From Polymyxa betae A26-41 (Eukaryota > Protista > Endomyxa: Phytomyxea), in assembly GCA_003693705.1 (NCBI GenBank), contig RBZT01000995.1, positions 15,284 to 79,283 on the forward strand: 64,000 nucleotides of DNA. Direction: 5' to 3'. Below, piece after piece: positions 1 through 16,313 of this stretch. A program made the position numbers and the translations under genes. The notes beneath the pieces were generated by a model. That model worked only from the letters and a program-made list of their open reading frames with translations, was not told the DNA's origin and searched no databases. How positions within the stretch are numbered: the stretch's first letter is position 1; each line of letters opens with the position of its first letter.

Positions 1-807
1 AAAAGCAATGGGAATAGAAGAGCGTTTCTTGAGGATATCGTCCATATTGACGGTAGCCAGATTCTTGCCAATGTCCAAGTAATGATGAAAGTACAAGAGA
101 AACTAACAATAAAATCACTCCGAATAGCCATGAAATCATACCAGATCCAAATGATCCAGGTTTTATAGAGATCTCAACTGATGAATCAATTTCACAGCAT
201 CGTGCTTGTATTAAACTATCAGCGAACGTTGCAATCAGAACACCGATAGTTATGAAAAGACATGATAAGATTTGAGGTCTCGTATATCTGCATAATCAGA
301 TTAATAAATGCTTGTGCATAACAATATATCTTACACTCTTTTGAACAAGAATAGACCAAGAACCATGTTGACCACTAATGAACAGCTACGAAATACCATA
401 TGGAATGGTAAAGAAATGTTAAACATGAATACAACCTAAACATTTAATAAATTCATTTCGTTAGACAGTACTATACACAGACATTATTAATTACAGAAAC
501 TGTTACAAAAGCTAGAGTAACTTTAGCATAGAACGATGCTGGAAGATGACGCTTTTCAATACAAACAGAGGCTGATGTAACCGATAGTCGTGAACAGAAT
601 GAAATAAAAGATATGAAGCAAAATTGCAACGCAGTAACCGAGTTGCCAATGGCTGAATCCGCTTTCACTAATAGCTCTGAGATCCAGTCAAATTCAATTC
701 GCAAAATGTAACTATACAGTGATTATACCCAGAGATATATTATTGATACCACAACCTAGAAAAACCAGTGCGATAGATCTCATGAGAGCTTCAAAAATCC
801 CAGTCAT
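1..807 (-). CDS. Nucleotide-sugar transporter, SLC35B4/YEA4-like (5' part; runs off the window)
   Basis: Spliced minus-strand exons read MTGIFEALMRSIALVFLGCGINNISL / ...FVTVSVINN / VFMFNISLPFHMVFRSCSLVVNMVLGLFLFKR. These match SLC35B4/YEA4 motifs and are hydrophobic. Confidence 0.8.
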
Positions 808-1100
808 TTATCATGATTGTAAACGAGGTGCTAACAAACCTGTCATTTACAGCCTGATATCGATAATTAGATGAGAAATTTAAGGCCTAATTCTGCAATC
901 TGGTAGATTGAAAGATGTTAAAGATAAGATTGATAAATGGGTAGATCATCAATTGTGACAAGGTCACTATATACTCCTTATACTGCGCTTTGTACTTGGT
1001 AACATGTCAAGGCCAACTATGCATATATTTATTAAGACAGTGATAATATATATATCAACAAGCCAGTATTTATACAATTGTACGATAGTGGGGTCAGGCT

Positions 1101-4100
1101 CTAGCGTAAGCGCCGAGTTAGGCCCAATATCGACTGAATCGAACGTCGAACCTCGACTCGGGAATTTTGAACAAATCTTGCCAGTTCGACGCGAAGCTTA
1201 TTGGGCTCTTTGCTGCGGTCGATTAGTTGTGCTAGTTTAGAGCTTGGCAGCTGCAACATGATAGGATAAGAGTGCGGTGCTGTTCTCATACAGCAGACGA
1301 TAAATCCCTGCCAAAGCTCCAGATTGGCAAGATCCCAAATTCTCTTATTCACCAATCTGGCTAAGATTGTAATAGCGAATTCAGTTAGTAATGGATATAC
1401 TGCTAAAACTTGGATCAACGTTCTCATGAACAGCACCGGAATAGGATTCCTTTCAACAACCTGCTGTAAAACGACAGCTAAAACCTTCTCGTTATACGAT
1501 TCTTTGGTGAAGATGCAAAGTTGAATGGCATCCATGACTTTTCGCAGCAATGGATGATCTGGAGTTGGAGCTATAATATGAAGACGAACCAGTACTTCAG
1601 AAGGAGATACAGGAGCTCCTGGGCTTAATAACAGCTTAAAAGCCTGGTCGACATGTATCTTTGGAAGTGCAACTATATGTGGAAGCGCTTCTAGTACTTG
1701 AGCCCGTTTCATTCCTAGAATCAAGTAAGAACAGAGACACGTTGAGATGACATGGCTAGCGTCACCTGATAAAACTGGAATCAAGAACCGAGCATCGCGA
1801 CATCGAGTATAACATGTTTGAGCAGCCTCGATTAAGGCTGGACTGACAAGATCTTCGACCCCATCTGTCAGGATGTGTAATGCATGAAGAACCAACGGCT
1901 CAGAGCCGCTAGGAGATTGCTTAAAAGCTTCAATCAAAACTGGCGAATTGGAGCCTTGTATAAATTTAGTTCCAGTAACAAGTGAAAAGATAGTATGCTG
2001 ACCAATGGATCGAACCAGCTTGGGGATATTCTTGTGAAAACACGCCCGAACAGAAGTACCACGCGATGATACTAAAGAGAACACAGACAGAATTTTGGGA
2101 AACATATCATGTCGCTTGGCACATAAGGCAAAGTATAGATCCAGTCGTCGACTAGCTTCTGCTTCTATCAATGCGTCAACAGCAGGGACCGAATCGTTTT
2201 CATCAGATAAATCCAGAACGTTCTGATCATCTTCTTGCAGAACTTCTTCATTTCCCACCTCCCTATTATCACAGCTGAGTCAATAACTCTGGGCATGATT
2301 TGAATTACTTTGGTTCCATCGAGTCCACAGGTGCACTTGTCTCAGCACCTAGATCGGATTCTTCTTTATAATTAACTTGACTACGTGGATGAGAGCCAGC
2401 TGAACTACACACACAGTGAAATGTCAGCCAGCACTCAAGAATCGGAATTACCTAGATTCTTCTGAATGCTCAGAGGCAATGATGTCAGTTTGCTTTTCGC
2501 CCTGCGTTCGATCAATTTGCATTCCGTCTTCTGAATGTTCCGCTTCTGCATCATCTCCGTTTCCTTGCCGATGAGCTTTCTCGTCCGCATTGAATTTGTC
2601 CTGAATTTCAACCTCGAAAGGATCCGAGAGAGTGCTAAACAATTGTGTGGCATATTCTATAATCTGTTCCTCTACAGATTTCCCCAATGGCAGTAATTGA
2701 TGTGTAACCAGAGCAACTGCAGGATTACGAAGAGCTGCATTACTGGATCCACCGTACGTTAACAGCAGTTGAAGAATCTTGGATTTATCTGCAGGTCGTT
2801 TCATAACGACGTCTCGTAAAGCGAATAGAGCAACTGTCCGTTTCAAATCGCTATCCGATTGACAAATCTGTAACAATTTAGCGATTTAAATGTGCATCTT
2901 ACGTTATAATAAACCTGATCGATACTTTGAACAGCTTCATCAAGCAATAAGGCGCACGTGCAAAGAAATCTTGACAGCGTTCCAGCAGGAGCATTCCATA
3001 AATACTCGATGGCAGTCGTGATCGAATTCACATAGATATCTGATAGGCCGGCGGCGACCAAAGCATATCCCAGTTGTAGAATTACTTCCAGCCACACAAC
3101 AGGGTCTTTCTTAAACGACTCTAATAATTGACCGATTCGGCTGGGATCGTATTTGACAAGCATTTGAGTAATAACAGCTTCAGTAACCCGAGCTTTTGAG
3201 CAGCTTGACATCATTCTTTCAAAGGCTAAATTTTTCAGCTTCTGACGACAACTGTCGTCGAGATTCCGAATTGGGATCTCTGGAACACTTCTTTTTACCA
3301 ATAAAGCAGACGTATGTCCAGCTTTTTGTATATGCTCGTTCATTCTTTCAAAAGCCGAAGAAATTGATTGCAAGTCGGAAGCGATCTGCGATTCTGTAAT
3401 AGCAACCGAGCTCCTCAAACGTGGATCACGAAGTCGGGGGTCCCGAATTAGTGTTTCCTGCTCCAAAAGAAGTTGAAGTAGCTTCTTGAAGCCCATCCCA
3501 TCAGCTTTGAAAGAAGATGACTCTATGTTAGGAAGATTAAGACGAACGCATCGAGATATGAGTTCGATTTGAGTTTGCAGAGGGAAGTTATCGAGTCGTT
3601 CATGCACTAAACGGTCTTCTGCTTGATTCCTTACAGTAGGACGATCACGCTCTAAAGCTGCACCAGGTCGCTTTCTGGTTGGTTCATACCTTTGAGGACA
3701 ATAAGATTATCAGAACCAAAAATGGGATAGTTTTACTCAATATTCAATGATGATGCAAGAGACGATAACGATTTCTTTGACGCAGAATCAATATCAAGGT
3801 TAGATATCAATTTGTAAAGAGGGATACGGATTGTACGGCTACATCGTTGATTTGTGGCAGCTCCCATGGAGAGAATTGAGGGAATGACTTCTGGTAGCAC
3901 TGAACAATCCCTACATGCGATATTGCATAATTCTGCACACGATAACCAGGCGGTGGTTGGACAAGGATTGTCCGGTTGGCATATTATAAACAGAGTTGGC
4001 AATGATATCGCTGTATCTAATTGGGCAATGGCATGTATCGCACGAAGACGAAGGCCCAGATCGGGACTGGAAACAGCAGAAATGATTTCTGACTGGGCCA

Positions 4101-4158
4101 ATGTCTCTGGACTATGGTCGAACTGCAATCTGGCCTCAACTGATGATGGAGCTTCCAT
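1101..4158 (-). CDS. SYMPK: Symplekin (3'-end processing scaffold), multi-exon
   Basis: C-terminal Symplekin_C motifs (PIPVLFMRTLIQ, LVNKRIW...LWQGFIVC, SYPIMLQLP), an RDPRLRDPRL motif and HEAT-like helices across ORFs 3733-4221, 2843-3607, 2448-2876 and 1101-2258. Confidence 0.85.
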
Positions 4159-4369
4159 TGAATAAGGGATTTGTACTGAAGTGAGAACTGGGCCCCAACC
4201 TGCTCCAGACAACAGATGCAATGTTATACGGACTAATCACTTCTCATGAAGTCATCATGTCTTCACAACCCGTGATGCAAACTTACATACTTATACAGGC
4301 TATACAATACGTTCAAACTGAGCTTCTTGATCTAGAAGATTTGACAGTATATTAGTTCATTAGCCACAT

Positions 4370-5544
4370 TTATCGCCGGCTGCATGAATGTTTCCGTGTT
4401 TTTCGAAGTTCTCGAATTCGATGCTTTTCAGATTTCATCGATTGAATCACTTCTTTGACAACATCGTCTCGAATTTCTTTCACACATGCTGGGCATTTAT
4501 TCTGAATTGCTCTTGATCCTGGTGTTGGCCACAAATTGGAAAATGTTAATTAAGATAATCGGATTACCTAAGCAACGAAATATGCATTCCAGGTGAACTT
4601 GGGAGCGACAACATGGCATCCTGAAGAAAAGAAGAAATCTCATGCTAAAAAAATAAGACTTGTTAAACACTAACGTATAAACGGAAGTGAGATCAGCTTG
4701 CATCATTTCTAAAAGGCAGACACCGCAATCCTTGTCCTTGTCATAAATGGGTCTAACGCTTTTTCTGTGCATTTCGATCTGGACGGTTTCATGGGAAGAT
4801 ACATAACCAGAAAACGTAAACTGCAACGCCAATGAGAATTACATTATCTGATAGCTCATTCAGATTTTCTACCTGTTTCAATTGTGCTTTCGGCCAGAGC
4901 GAGTCATCATCAAAGATGTCAATTTCAGAACCATCGTTTTGCGTTAAAAGTATCTCACTTCCATTTTTGTCATTACAAGCTGGATTTGGTCGATTACCAA
5001 ACTTAGAAGACGGAATGTTGAATGCATCTTCAGAATCTGAACTATTACTGCTGAGAAAATTGTTTTCTGATCATCAACTCGTCTATCACCTCTCGATCTA
5101 GTCGTGGGCCGCTTATGTCGTTCACTGCAATTACAAGACGTTGCTCTATAAAAAAATCATTAGAATCTATCTACCAATGAAGCAAACACAGACGCTGATC
5201 CTTGTAGTTTTTGAAGCAATAATTCTGCTTGCTTCCCAATTTGAACTATATCGCCCAAAAGTAGCTCGGAGCAGCAATACTTCTGCTCGTTTGGTGACAC
5301 CTTTAACCGCGAAATCTGAAGCTTCCATAGACCAAAGCGAATTAGACGTAAAATGTGCTTACATGTTGGCTCATGATCTGTCTGTTAGTAAGACAATGAC
5401 AAGAAGAAATATTTGATGACGCCTTACTGAATCTGTATGTAGTAATTCCATAGAGGATTGTTCACTGTTATCAATGTTACATACGACATTATTACCCCAC
5501 AACACAAGAGCAAGACATACGACAATCTCACTGATATACTTCAT
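4370..5544 (-). CDS. Signal-peptide-bearing protein with a C-terminal RING finger (putative secreted E3 ligase), about 7 exons
   Basis: Manual splicing through six 46-54 nt GT-AG introns stays in frame: MKYISEIVVCLALVLWGNNVVC...TDHEPTCKHIL...DCGVCLLEMMQADLTSVYTMPCCRSQVHLECIFRCLGSRAIQNKCPACVKEI...RELRKTRKHSCSRR*. Confidence 0.7.
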
Positions 5545-5647
5545 CAATACTGGTTATTATTACTTGATTACCTACCAAGGTTTGGGGTAAGTCGATCTAC
5601 CCACATAGACCAGCATCACAGTCACTTCGTGTCTCTCTCAGTCTTAT

Positions 5648-8600
5648 ATGCGATCAGGCGATCTTGAATCCAATTTCAACGATGCTTATCTCGATCATTC
5701 TTATAGTAGACCAAATCTGGTGGAGGTAGAGAAAAGACGGCTCTATCTTCAAGAGCAGCTTCAGAAAGCGGACGTGTCCATTCAACAATGTCAGACAAAA
5801 CGGAGTGATCTTGTCAAAACGTTCTCAGAAGAGCAAATCGAACTTCAAAAATTGACAACAGAGGTTGACAATTTGACAGAAAAGGCAAGTGCTACCTAGT
5901 TTCTAAAGGTTCAATAGTGGTTACAGTACTGCTTTCTGTAGATAAGCGGTTCCTTACTGGAGCAGCACATAGATTCTATTCAATATATTGGCGCTGAGCT
6001 CAATCAGCTAAGGAACTTTAAAATCATTGTTGATGACCTTGTTCAGAACAAACGTGCGCAGCTTACTGCAGTTCATTTTGAGCTCGATGACAGGCTAAAA
6101 AGGACATATCTGCAAGTAGACGATCTTCTCAGAAATTCCGAGAGACTTGGCCTAGAAGCCCAACATGCTGAAGATCTCAGTATTAGCTTGAACGTAATTC
6201 AAGATAATGGAGTCCTAGACGGTGAGGAAATTTATTACGTGAAACGCTGATCTCAATCGAGTTCTAGGAAGCGAAAAGGCAACTGTGGTTGTTGACGACA
6301 TTTCGCATGCACGAAGTATTCGCGAATCTAAAGCACGCGCTCTGCGTGCAGAACAAATTAAGCAGTTAAATCGCGAAAGACTGCATGTCATTGATGCCCT
6401 GAGAAATCTTCAGCTTCGGAACAAGGAACAACTTCATCCTAGTGCTCATACGGATCGGGAAACAAGAGTCGAGTTGACGTCAAGCAACTATGGCCCAATT
6501 CAGGACCAACACGACACGGCTGTACTTTTCTCTAAGGCGAGAACCGATTCTGTTCAGGCAAAAGTCAAACTGCACCGTGCTGAGCTTTCGCGAGATCTCA
6601 GTCTATTAAATGGTCTTCAACAATCTTCTGAACTGAAGATGGCGCAAAAAAGTCAATCTGACAAAAGCACGTCGATTTCGGGCATTCGGCGACTGCTAAT
6701 CGATGTTCTTCTGCCTCCTATAATTGAGAGAATAGTAAGAGAAAGTATCTCGTTAGATGAGATCAATGACAGAGAATCTTTACTACGCCATCAGCAAAAT
6801 CTGCAATTAGAAAAGGAGAATGGACAATTCTTGCAGATAGCTGTTTTCGAGATCTGGGAAGATTTTCTGCAGAACGCTGTGAACGAGCTTACTTTGTCTG
6901 TCGCTTTAGACACCATTAATGTGCATTTAACAATGTATGATACATGGAAAAGTCAATGTATGATGGTGAACAAAATACAGATCAACACTGGTTTAGAATC
7001 GGCAGTCGATGAACTGGTTCGTCTCCGTTCACGATTTCCTCATCGTTACTTGCTTCAACAAGAAAATCTTTCCTATTCTCGACAAAACGAAAATACTTCT
7101 GTTCAGAGTGGCAGTTGGTCAATTTTTAAAAGAACAAAGGCGAAATCGCATCTCACTGTAGGATAATATTGCCTGTCTACTTTGATACCCACTAATTCTG
7201 AAGCAGGCACACTCCAAATCGTTATCAGTCAAGCAGAATGACGATTTACTTGACAGTGATAAAGTTGAAGACATTCTAGAAATATATGCAAATCACCGAT
7301 GTCGTTATGAAGCTGTCTCGCAGTCATTCGCCGAATTTGAATCAGAATATTGCAAGAACTTTGAATTCTTCTCAAGGATGGTATCGGGAAAAGGCAAGAC
7401 TGGATACCTCAAAGGAAAAGAATCACGCGACGGTTCGCTTCTTCTATTAGCTGGATTTGACGGGTCACTTCAGCTGCTCAATACGGAAGCTGAAGAAAAC
7501 AATGTTGAATTGTTCCTGGCTCCAGTTAGAAACCGAAAGTGGAAAAGCGTTGATAGTGGCCCATGGTCATTAATGAATCAAATTATCGCCTTAACTGACC
7601 AGAATCAAGTTTATGTATTCGATAGACCTATTTCGAGATCATCTAGCTCTGATACGCCATATGAATTGTCTTCTGAGGACATCAGGGGAGTAACCGTAGA
7701 TTCAAACGAGAAAGCTTCAGAGGCAAATCTCGTTGCCGTACATCCTACTGTTACATTGAATTTGACCTCTATTTCATTTATGATTGCTTTTACATCGGGG
7801 GAAATCATCCGCTGGAACAGAGCCACGTAATACTGTGAATATATTTTTGGAATGCCCCGTCAATTTATTGTTTAACAGAACGGGCCATCAAATGCTAATT
7901 GGTGATTTCCCACCAGAACGACCAGTAATCTCACCAAAGCATTCTGCAACGATTCAACTCAGCAGAAATAGCCGAAGACAGCGTTATGTAGGACATCATT
8001 CCCCGATACTGTTGATGGCATTCCTTGGATATTCAGATCGACCTGATAACTTGGTCTCATTTGATGCTGATGGCATGCTAATCATATGGGACGATGAATC
8101 GATTTCTGGGTTTGGATACATCTGTCCACGTCTACGATATCAAATCAAAGCTGTGGATGTTTGGTACGAGGACGTTGCAGGGACCCGAACCATAACCATT
8201 TACGAAGACCAAACTGGATCAAAAAGTATCGATAGCCTGAACTATGATCTTGAAGTCAGGCGCCAGTTATTGTCGGCTGGCTATACTGAGCTGGATTATG
8301 GCGTATTCTATCCTAAATTTGCCAACGAGGGGCAAGGATTTCAACATATACTCACCTACGATATAATGACAAAACGACTTCAACGACATGTTAAAGCCGC
8401 AATCAAGATTTCTCATATCACAGGAAATGTACTTGATGCCAAGATGACAGCATCAAACCGTGAGATGATTATTTTGACGTGGGTACCAAGGTCTGGATCT
8501 TTGTAGTTTATTTCAAAAGTGGAATTGGTGATAATTTTTAGGCATCAGAGCATAGTCGCTCAGCTGGCGTTCTTTATGGTTAAATTCTCTGAAACTGGAT

Positions 8601-9217
8601 CTGTCAGCATAGAAGGGCCGATTGTCCGATACAATTACGAAGGCGAAGCTGATCCATCTTACAATAACTCCTCGATGATTTGGCAGATCACAGAAGTATA
8701 CAATCCTCTCGGAACCGACATTCTCTTTACGCTTCCTGCTCTCTCGAACACCTTGCAAGTTATCTCAACTGCCACTGGCTCTTTACTTCAGAGGTGAAGC
8801 TTCAAGACACATATACAGATGAATTACTGATTTTGTTGCAGCATCAATTTGCAAACGTCAATATCTATGATTCCAAAACAAATATTTGTTTTTGACAATT
8901 CGACACAAATTGCTGTTACGTATATGAAAACTTCTGCCATTGACGTTTGGAGGATTATTGACAGAAACCAGCCAAATCAGCGAATAAGGCACAGAACACA
9001 TCCAAGTAGCCAAACAGAACGAGTGAAACGCACACCTAACGAACAAATTAGTAAGCTGTCGTCATTAAGATTGCCATTTGGATATTTAGGGAAGCGGCCC
9101 AATCACTATTTTCATGTCGCTAGAAAAGCTCGTGCTTTGGTTTTAGAACTGATAGGGCAAATTGTCAATGGCATAAGGCGATCACCAGGTGATCAGGAGG
9201 TGAACAAGATAGATTGA
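5648..9217 (+). CDS. Large hypothetical protein: N-terminal coiled-coil, C-terminal WD40/beta-propeller-like region, multi-exon
   Basis: Consecutive + strand ORFs joined by short introns. Heptad-rich Q/E/L N-terminus and WD-like segments (LLLAGFDGSLQL, GHHSPILLMAF...LVSFDADGMLIIWD). Confidence 0.55.
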
Positions 9218-9887
9218 GATAACAAACCATGTCAAGGACGTGAAGTTTTGGCTACTACAGAAGCATACTCTTTCCACATCAAACGTACATGTTATTTTAA
9301 AAGCGCTTTGTCATAAAGATTATGCAAGAACAGAACATAATGGGAAAACGGGTTTTCAGCAAGAAAGCATTACACAGGCAGACTAATCACGTTATGGTTC
9401 TTGGGATTATCTCACAAGGCTCGCTCACTTGTAGATTTTTACTATCAACAGCAATTTCATGCAATGGCATGCATGCTTGCATGGATATGTTAAAAACGAT
9501 AGCAGTTAATCTCAGATTTTGTTTGGAAGACAAATTACCTAATTACCCTGCAAACTATTGAACATGAACCAGCATATTCAATGACGCTGGCTATAATCTG
9601 ATACCAACACAATCAAGAATTTATTAAAGCCTAGCGGTCTAACCGTCATGTAACCCTTTAAGGCCAGAATTATACCTATAATTGTATACTATTTGTGATC
9701 TATAGTGTTGGTAACGTAAGCATAAGATGGTAGGGCGCTTACAATAGAATCTCACCTATTTAGCCATCACTGCACGGAACTGTTTTTCCAAACGCATGTT
9801 TTTAGTGACGAGCACGATTAACTTTAGAAGTCTTGGTCCGGGGACGTTGAACAACATCTGCATCGATCCAGGCTAGTAGTCACCAGC

Positions 9888-11286
9888 ATGGCCGTTGTTG
9901 TTCAGGTCTACCACACAGACGACCATGCACTGCATGATCCACCTTATGAATATTTCGACGGAATCATTCAGCAGAAGTAGGCAGGCATAAACATCTTCAT
10001 ACCAATATGAAAGGCCTTTCAGATATATGGAATGCCCAGAACGTGTCACTATGATTCTCTCACAGCTTAAATCCAGCAGTGTTGGTTTCGAGTTCATCTT
10101 ACTGGATCGTTTGAACCCGGAAAGGATCTCACAGATCATCAATGCTGCTGAGAAAGTTCATGCCAAGGTAACAATCATTAATGAAAAGTCTACAATCCAC
10201 AATAGTGTTAGGACTATATCGCTTTCTTAAAATCTGCATACTCGGAATGGTCCAATACGCAGACCCTTGAGGAAGATGGCCAGGTGAAACCTTCACCTCC
10301 TCTGTTTGGTGCTTCGTATCCGCCTCGTCATTGTGCTCGTTCTTCGAAGTCCATTTTAGGTAAAGCTGGATTTTACCTAAAAGATCTTTCATGTCCTATA
10401 GACCAGGTTAGAGCTTGTGTGTATTCAATTTACTTCACAGTCTAATTTTGTGTAGAATACCTGGGATGCTGCGCTGGCATCCGCAAACCTGGCTTTGACA
10501 GCTGCCGAAAAGCTGAGGCAATGCTCATCACGTAGCATACAGTTTGCAATGTGTAGACCGCCAGGACACCATTCTGGAAAATCATTCGCAGCAGGTTATT
10601 GGTACGAGTTTACCTGGTCTTAGGGCTCCAGTAACAGTCTATACAGCTACATAAATAATGCTGCATTGGCAGCTGAATTCTTGGTCCAGGAGTCCAAAGG
10701 TCGCGTGGCTATTATCGACATTGAGTATGTACCATATGCAATGATGTTAACATACAAACATTCTAAAGGTGGTAAATTGTAGTTATCATGCTGGTAATGG
10801 GACTCAGGATATCTTCTATGAACGTAACGATGTTTTCACCGTCTCCATTCACGGCGACCCCGACTTTGATTATCCATATTATGCTGGTTATGAGGATGAA
10901 CGTGGCCAAGGTCAAGGCTATGGCTATCATCGTAATTTCCCTCTAGGTACTTCGCTTTGTCTGGAGCGTTCTCCAATCCGATAACAATCTGCACAGCCCC
11001 TGAAACTGACGACGACTCCTATTTGTCTGTGCTGCGAGATGTATTGAAACTCATTGGAGAATTTGTTCCTGATTATTTGGTGGTGTCTGCTGGGATGGAT
11101 ATCTTCAAGGATGATCCTTTAGGGACATTCAATATCACCACAGATGGAATCAGAAAAATTGGCGAACTCATAGGAACTGTATCTGTCCCTATTTTGGTCT
11201 GTCTAGAAGGCGGTTATTGCAACGATGCCATTGGACTGAATATATCGAATTTATTAGAAGGAATGAGGAGCTTGTCTCCAGCCTGA
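9888..11286 (+). CDS. HDAC-superfamily deacetylase, acetylpolyamine amidohydrolase (APAH)-like, multi-exon
   Basis: MAVVVQVYHTDDHALHDPPYEYFDG..., ECPERV, TWDAALASA, CRPPGHH, YINNAA, IDI-DYHAGNGTQDIFY, SIHGDP, LVVSAGMD, LEGGY. Confidence 0.85.
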
Positions 11287-11332
11287 TTTCATTAATAAAG
11301 AACCTTATGACAGACGCTCTCTACGTATTGCA

Positions 11333-12075
11333 CTAGCTTTTGCTGATTTCATCTTCGTCCTTTATCGCTTCTGCTTTGTGCTCTTTAACGAAATGACACT
11401 GACAGGTAAATAATTTTTGGATAGGATTCCAATCGGTCAAAAATCGTCCTTCGCCACGATCAATAGAGCGGTTTGGGATCTTGAATGCCACTAACACATA
11501 ATCAATTTACATGTAAGCTATGAGAACAAATTGAAGGTACCGGTATCATAGGGCTCAGCAGCAAACAGAATATACTGATATCTAAGATCATGTGGCTCTA
11601 TCTTCTGTTCGACTGACGACATAAATCGATGTCTTGGTTGAATATTCTCAGCGAGATTCGGATACATAATACGAAACAAGATACTCAATTGCCCTGTCTC
11701 TGGATCACGTTGCTTTACAATCTTATAACCAGGCGTTCCAATTTTGGCTACTTTCCTCGGTACGACCTTAGGCTTTCTTGCAGCTTGTACCTGGCCATCA
11801 ATCAGAACTGAGCCCCCTGATTTCAATGCCATTTTGGCAGCACGCCGGGCCAGGTTCTGTTGATGGCGTTTCCCTTGGGTATGTGCAAGGTAACTGCCTT
11901 CATTTGTATGCAATGTCAAGCACAATTTGCACTCGATTGATCCCAAATGGTTTCGAAGGATATACGGATCCTTAGCTAGGTCAATCGTTTCCAACGCCAA
12001 TTGCCTAAGTCGTTCACGGCGATCAACATTGGCGTTGGTCGCCGACATGACACCACCGGATCCTGGCTTTGACAT
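11333..12075 (-). CDS. SF3A2: Splicing factor 3A subunit 2 (SAP62/Prp11)
   Basis: RRERLRQLALETIDLAKDPY, the U1C-type Zn finger CKLCLTLHTNEGSYLAHTQGKRH and YILFAAEPYD. The last exon reads VAFKIPNRSID...*. Confidence 0.95.
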
Positions 12076-12608
12076 GGTTAAAAGCGTGAATAATTAGATA
12101 TCGGTATTGAAAGACAGAATGAGAAAGACAGATACAGATAGAGAGAGAGATATGATATAAACCTCTTGTGACTAAGATGGTTTCCGGGAATATAAACAGA
12201 AAGTGCGATCACATGTGATCCATATTATTCATTCCATATTGGGAACAGAACGTAACAGATAGAGATTGCAGATATGATCACAATCTTTTTTTGACAAACA
12301 CAATTTATCTAGACGCACTATCAGTCGATCTCGATCGACGATCGTTAATTATATGAAAAGCCGTTATCATCGCTACAATACCTATTGTCAATAAACAGAG
12401 ATAACAAGAAGAGTTTGTATGATACCGATATGGCGATATCATATGTTTATCAGTATCATACAAATAATGGCGATAAAGTGGTTTCGAGCGTTGAGATCTG
12501 CGTCCGCTCTGTTGAAGTTTATATTTGACGGAATGCGTACGGACTCCGTGACCTTGGGAAATTTCAATTTTCTTGTTCCCTCAACGCAATTACAGTTTGC
12601 AAAAGAGA

Positions 12609-13341
12609 ATGGCTCGAAAATCGAGGTCTAAGAAGACGCGGTCATCTTCGACGGCAATGGCTAAAGCCTGTAATGTAGCCGAAGATCAGAAAGAGAATAA
12701 TATGACTATCACCGAACCAGATATGGAAACACATTTGTTCTCAGATCAGGATGATCCCAATGTAGATCTAGTTCAGGCCCAGGCTGAGCATCTGGATCAA
12801 GTTGTTTCGCAAATTGGACCTAAATCTCGATCTGTTATCTATGTCGGACATATTCCATTCGGTTTCTTTGAGCAAGAGCTTCATGGATATTTCTCTCAAT
12901 TTGGTGATATCGTTAGATTACGACTATCCAGGAACTCCAAGGTCAAAATACAACCTCTTCTTTTTTCAAGTCTGATTCTTCTTATAGACATTGAAATCAC
13001 GCCATTTTGCTTTTATTGAATTCGACAACGCTCATGTTGCTGAAATTGCTGCTAAAGCTATGAATGGTTATATGATGTTTGGACGAACTTTAGTCTGTCA
13101 TGTTGTAGATGACAATCAATTGCACAAAGCTACATTACGACGATATTGGAAAGTTGGTCAGTCCTATGAAAACAGACGTCCTGAGAAGGATCACGAATCT
13201 CGCGATGTCAAGCGAACTGTACAGTCTCATGAACTTCGAATCAAGAAAATCGGGGAGAAACAGCAACGAAAATGCCAAAAACTCAAAGATCTCGGCATCA
13301 AGTTTCAACCCATTTTGCTGAACTCTCCAGCAGCTGTCTAA
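12609..13341 (+). CDS. Nucleolar RRM protein, NIFK/Nop15 family
   Basis: VIYVGHIPFGFFEQELHGYFSQFGDIVRLRLSR / KSRHFAFIEF...AEIAAKAMNGYMMFGRTL; one intron at about 12942-12988. Confidence 0.9.
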
Positions 13342-13623
13342 TACATTTATTGATTATACTTATTGCTTCCCACTATGTTATGGAAATCTAATGTATTATT
13401 CCATTGTTCTTGTTGGGATAATTGCTGGGTTGTTGTGCTTTTCATTTGCAAAAATGTCCAAATTTTACGGAATTTTTATAAGTTTTGTTTAAAGTGCGCA
13501 GGAGATTGTTTGTGCGAGTGCTGCCGGTACATGGGAGAAAAATATACAAATTTGGAGTCCGTACGGACCCATTCCTGAATTTCTGCCTGCAGGTTGAGGT
13601 TGCCATTGCGAACCTCCTCCCAA

Positions 13624-16261
<2,638 letters not shown>

Positions 16262-16313
16262 AATGTCCGACTTTCCACCTCAATTTATACAGATTATTGG
16301 TATCAATTTCAGG

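Noticed and set aside
4960-5370. Cullin-like (AVIVQILKMH) and SWIM-like (CNC, CKH) words in the RING gene
   Set aside because: The cullin-like stretch falls in a predicted intron, and the SWIM residues are in the wrong order.
12110-12155. GA-rich low-complexity tract upstream of SF3A2
   Set aside because: Simple microsatellite or pyrimidine-rich leader; no further structure.
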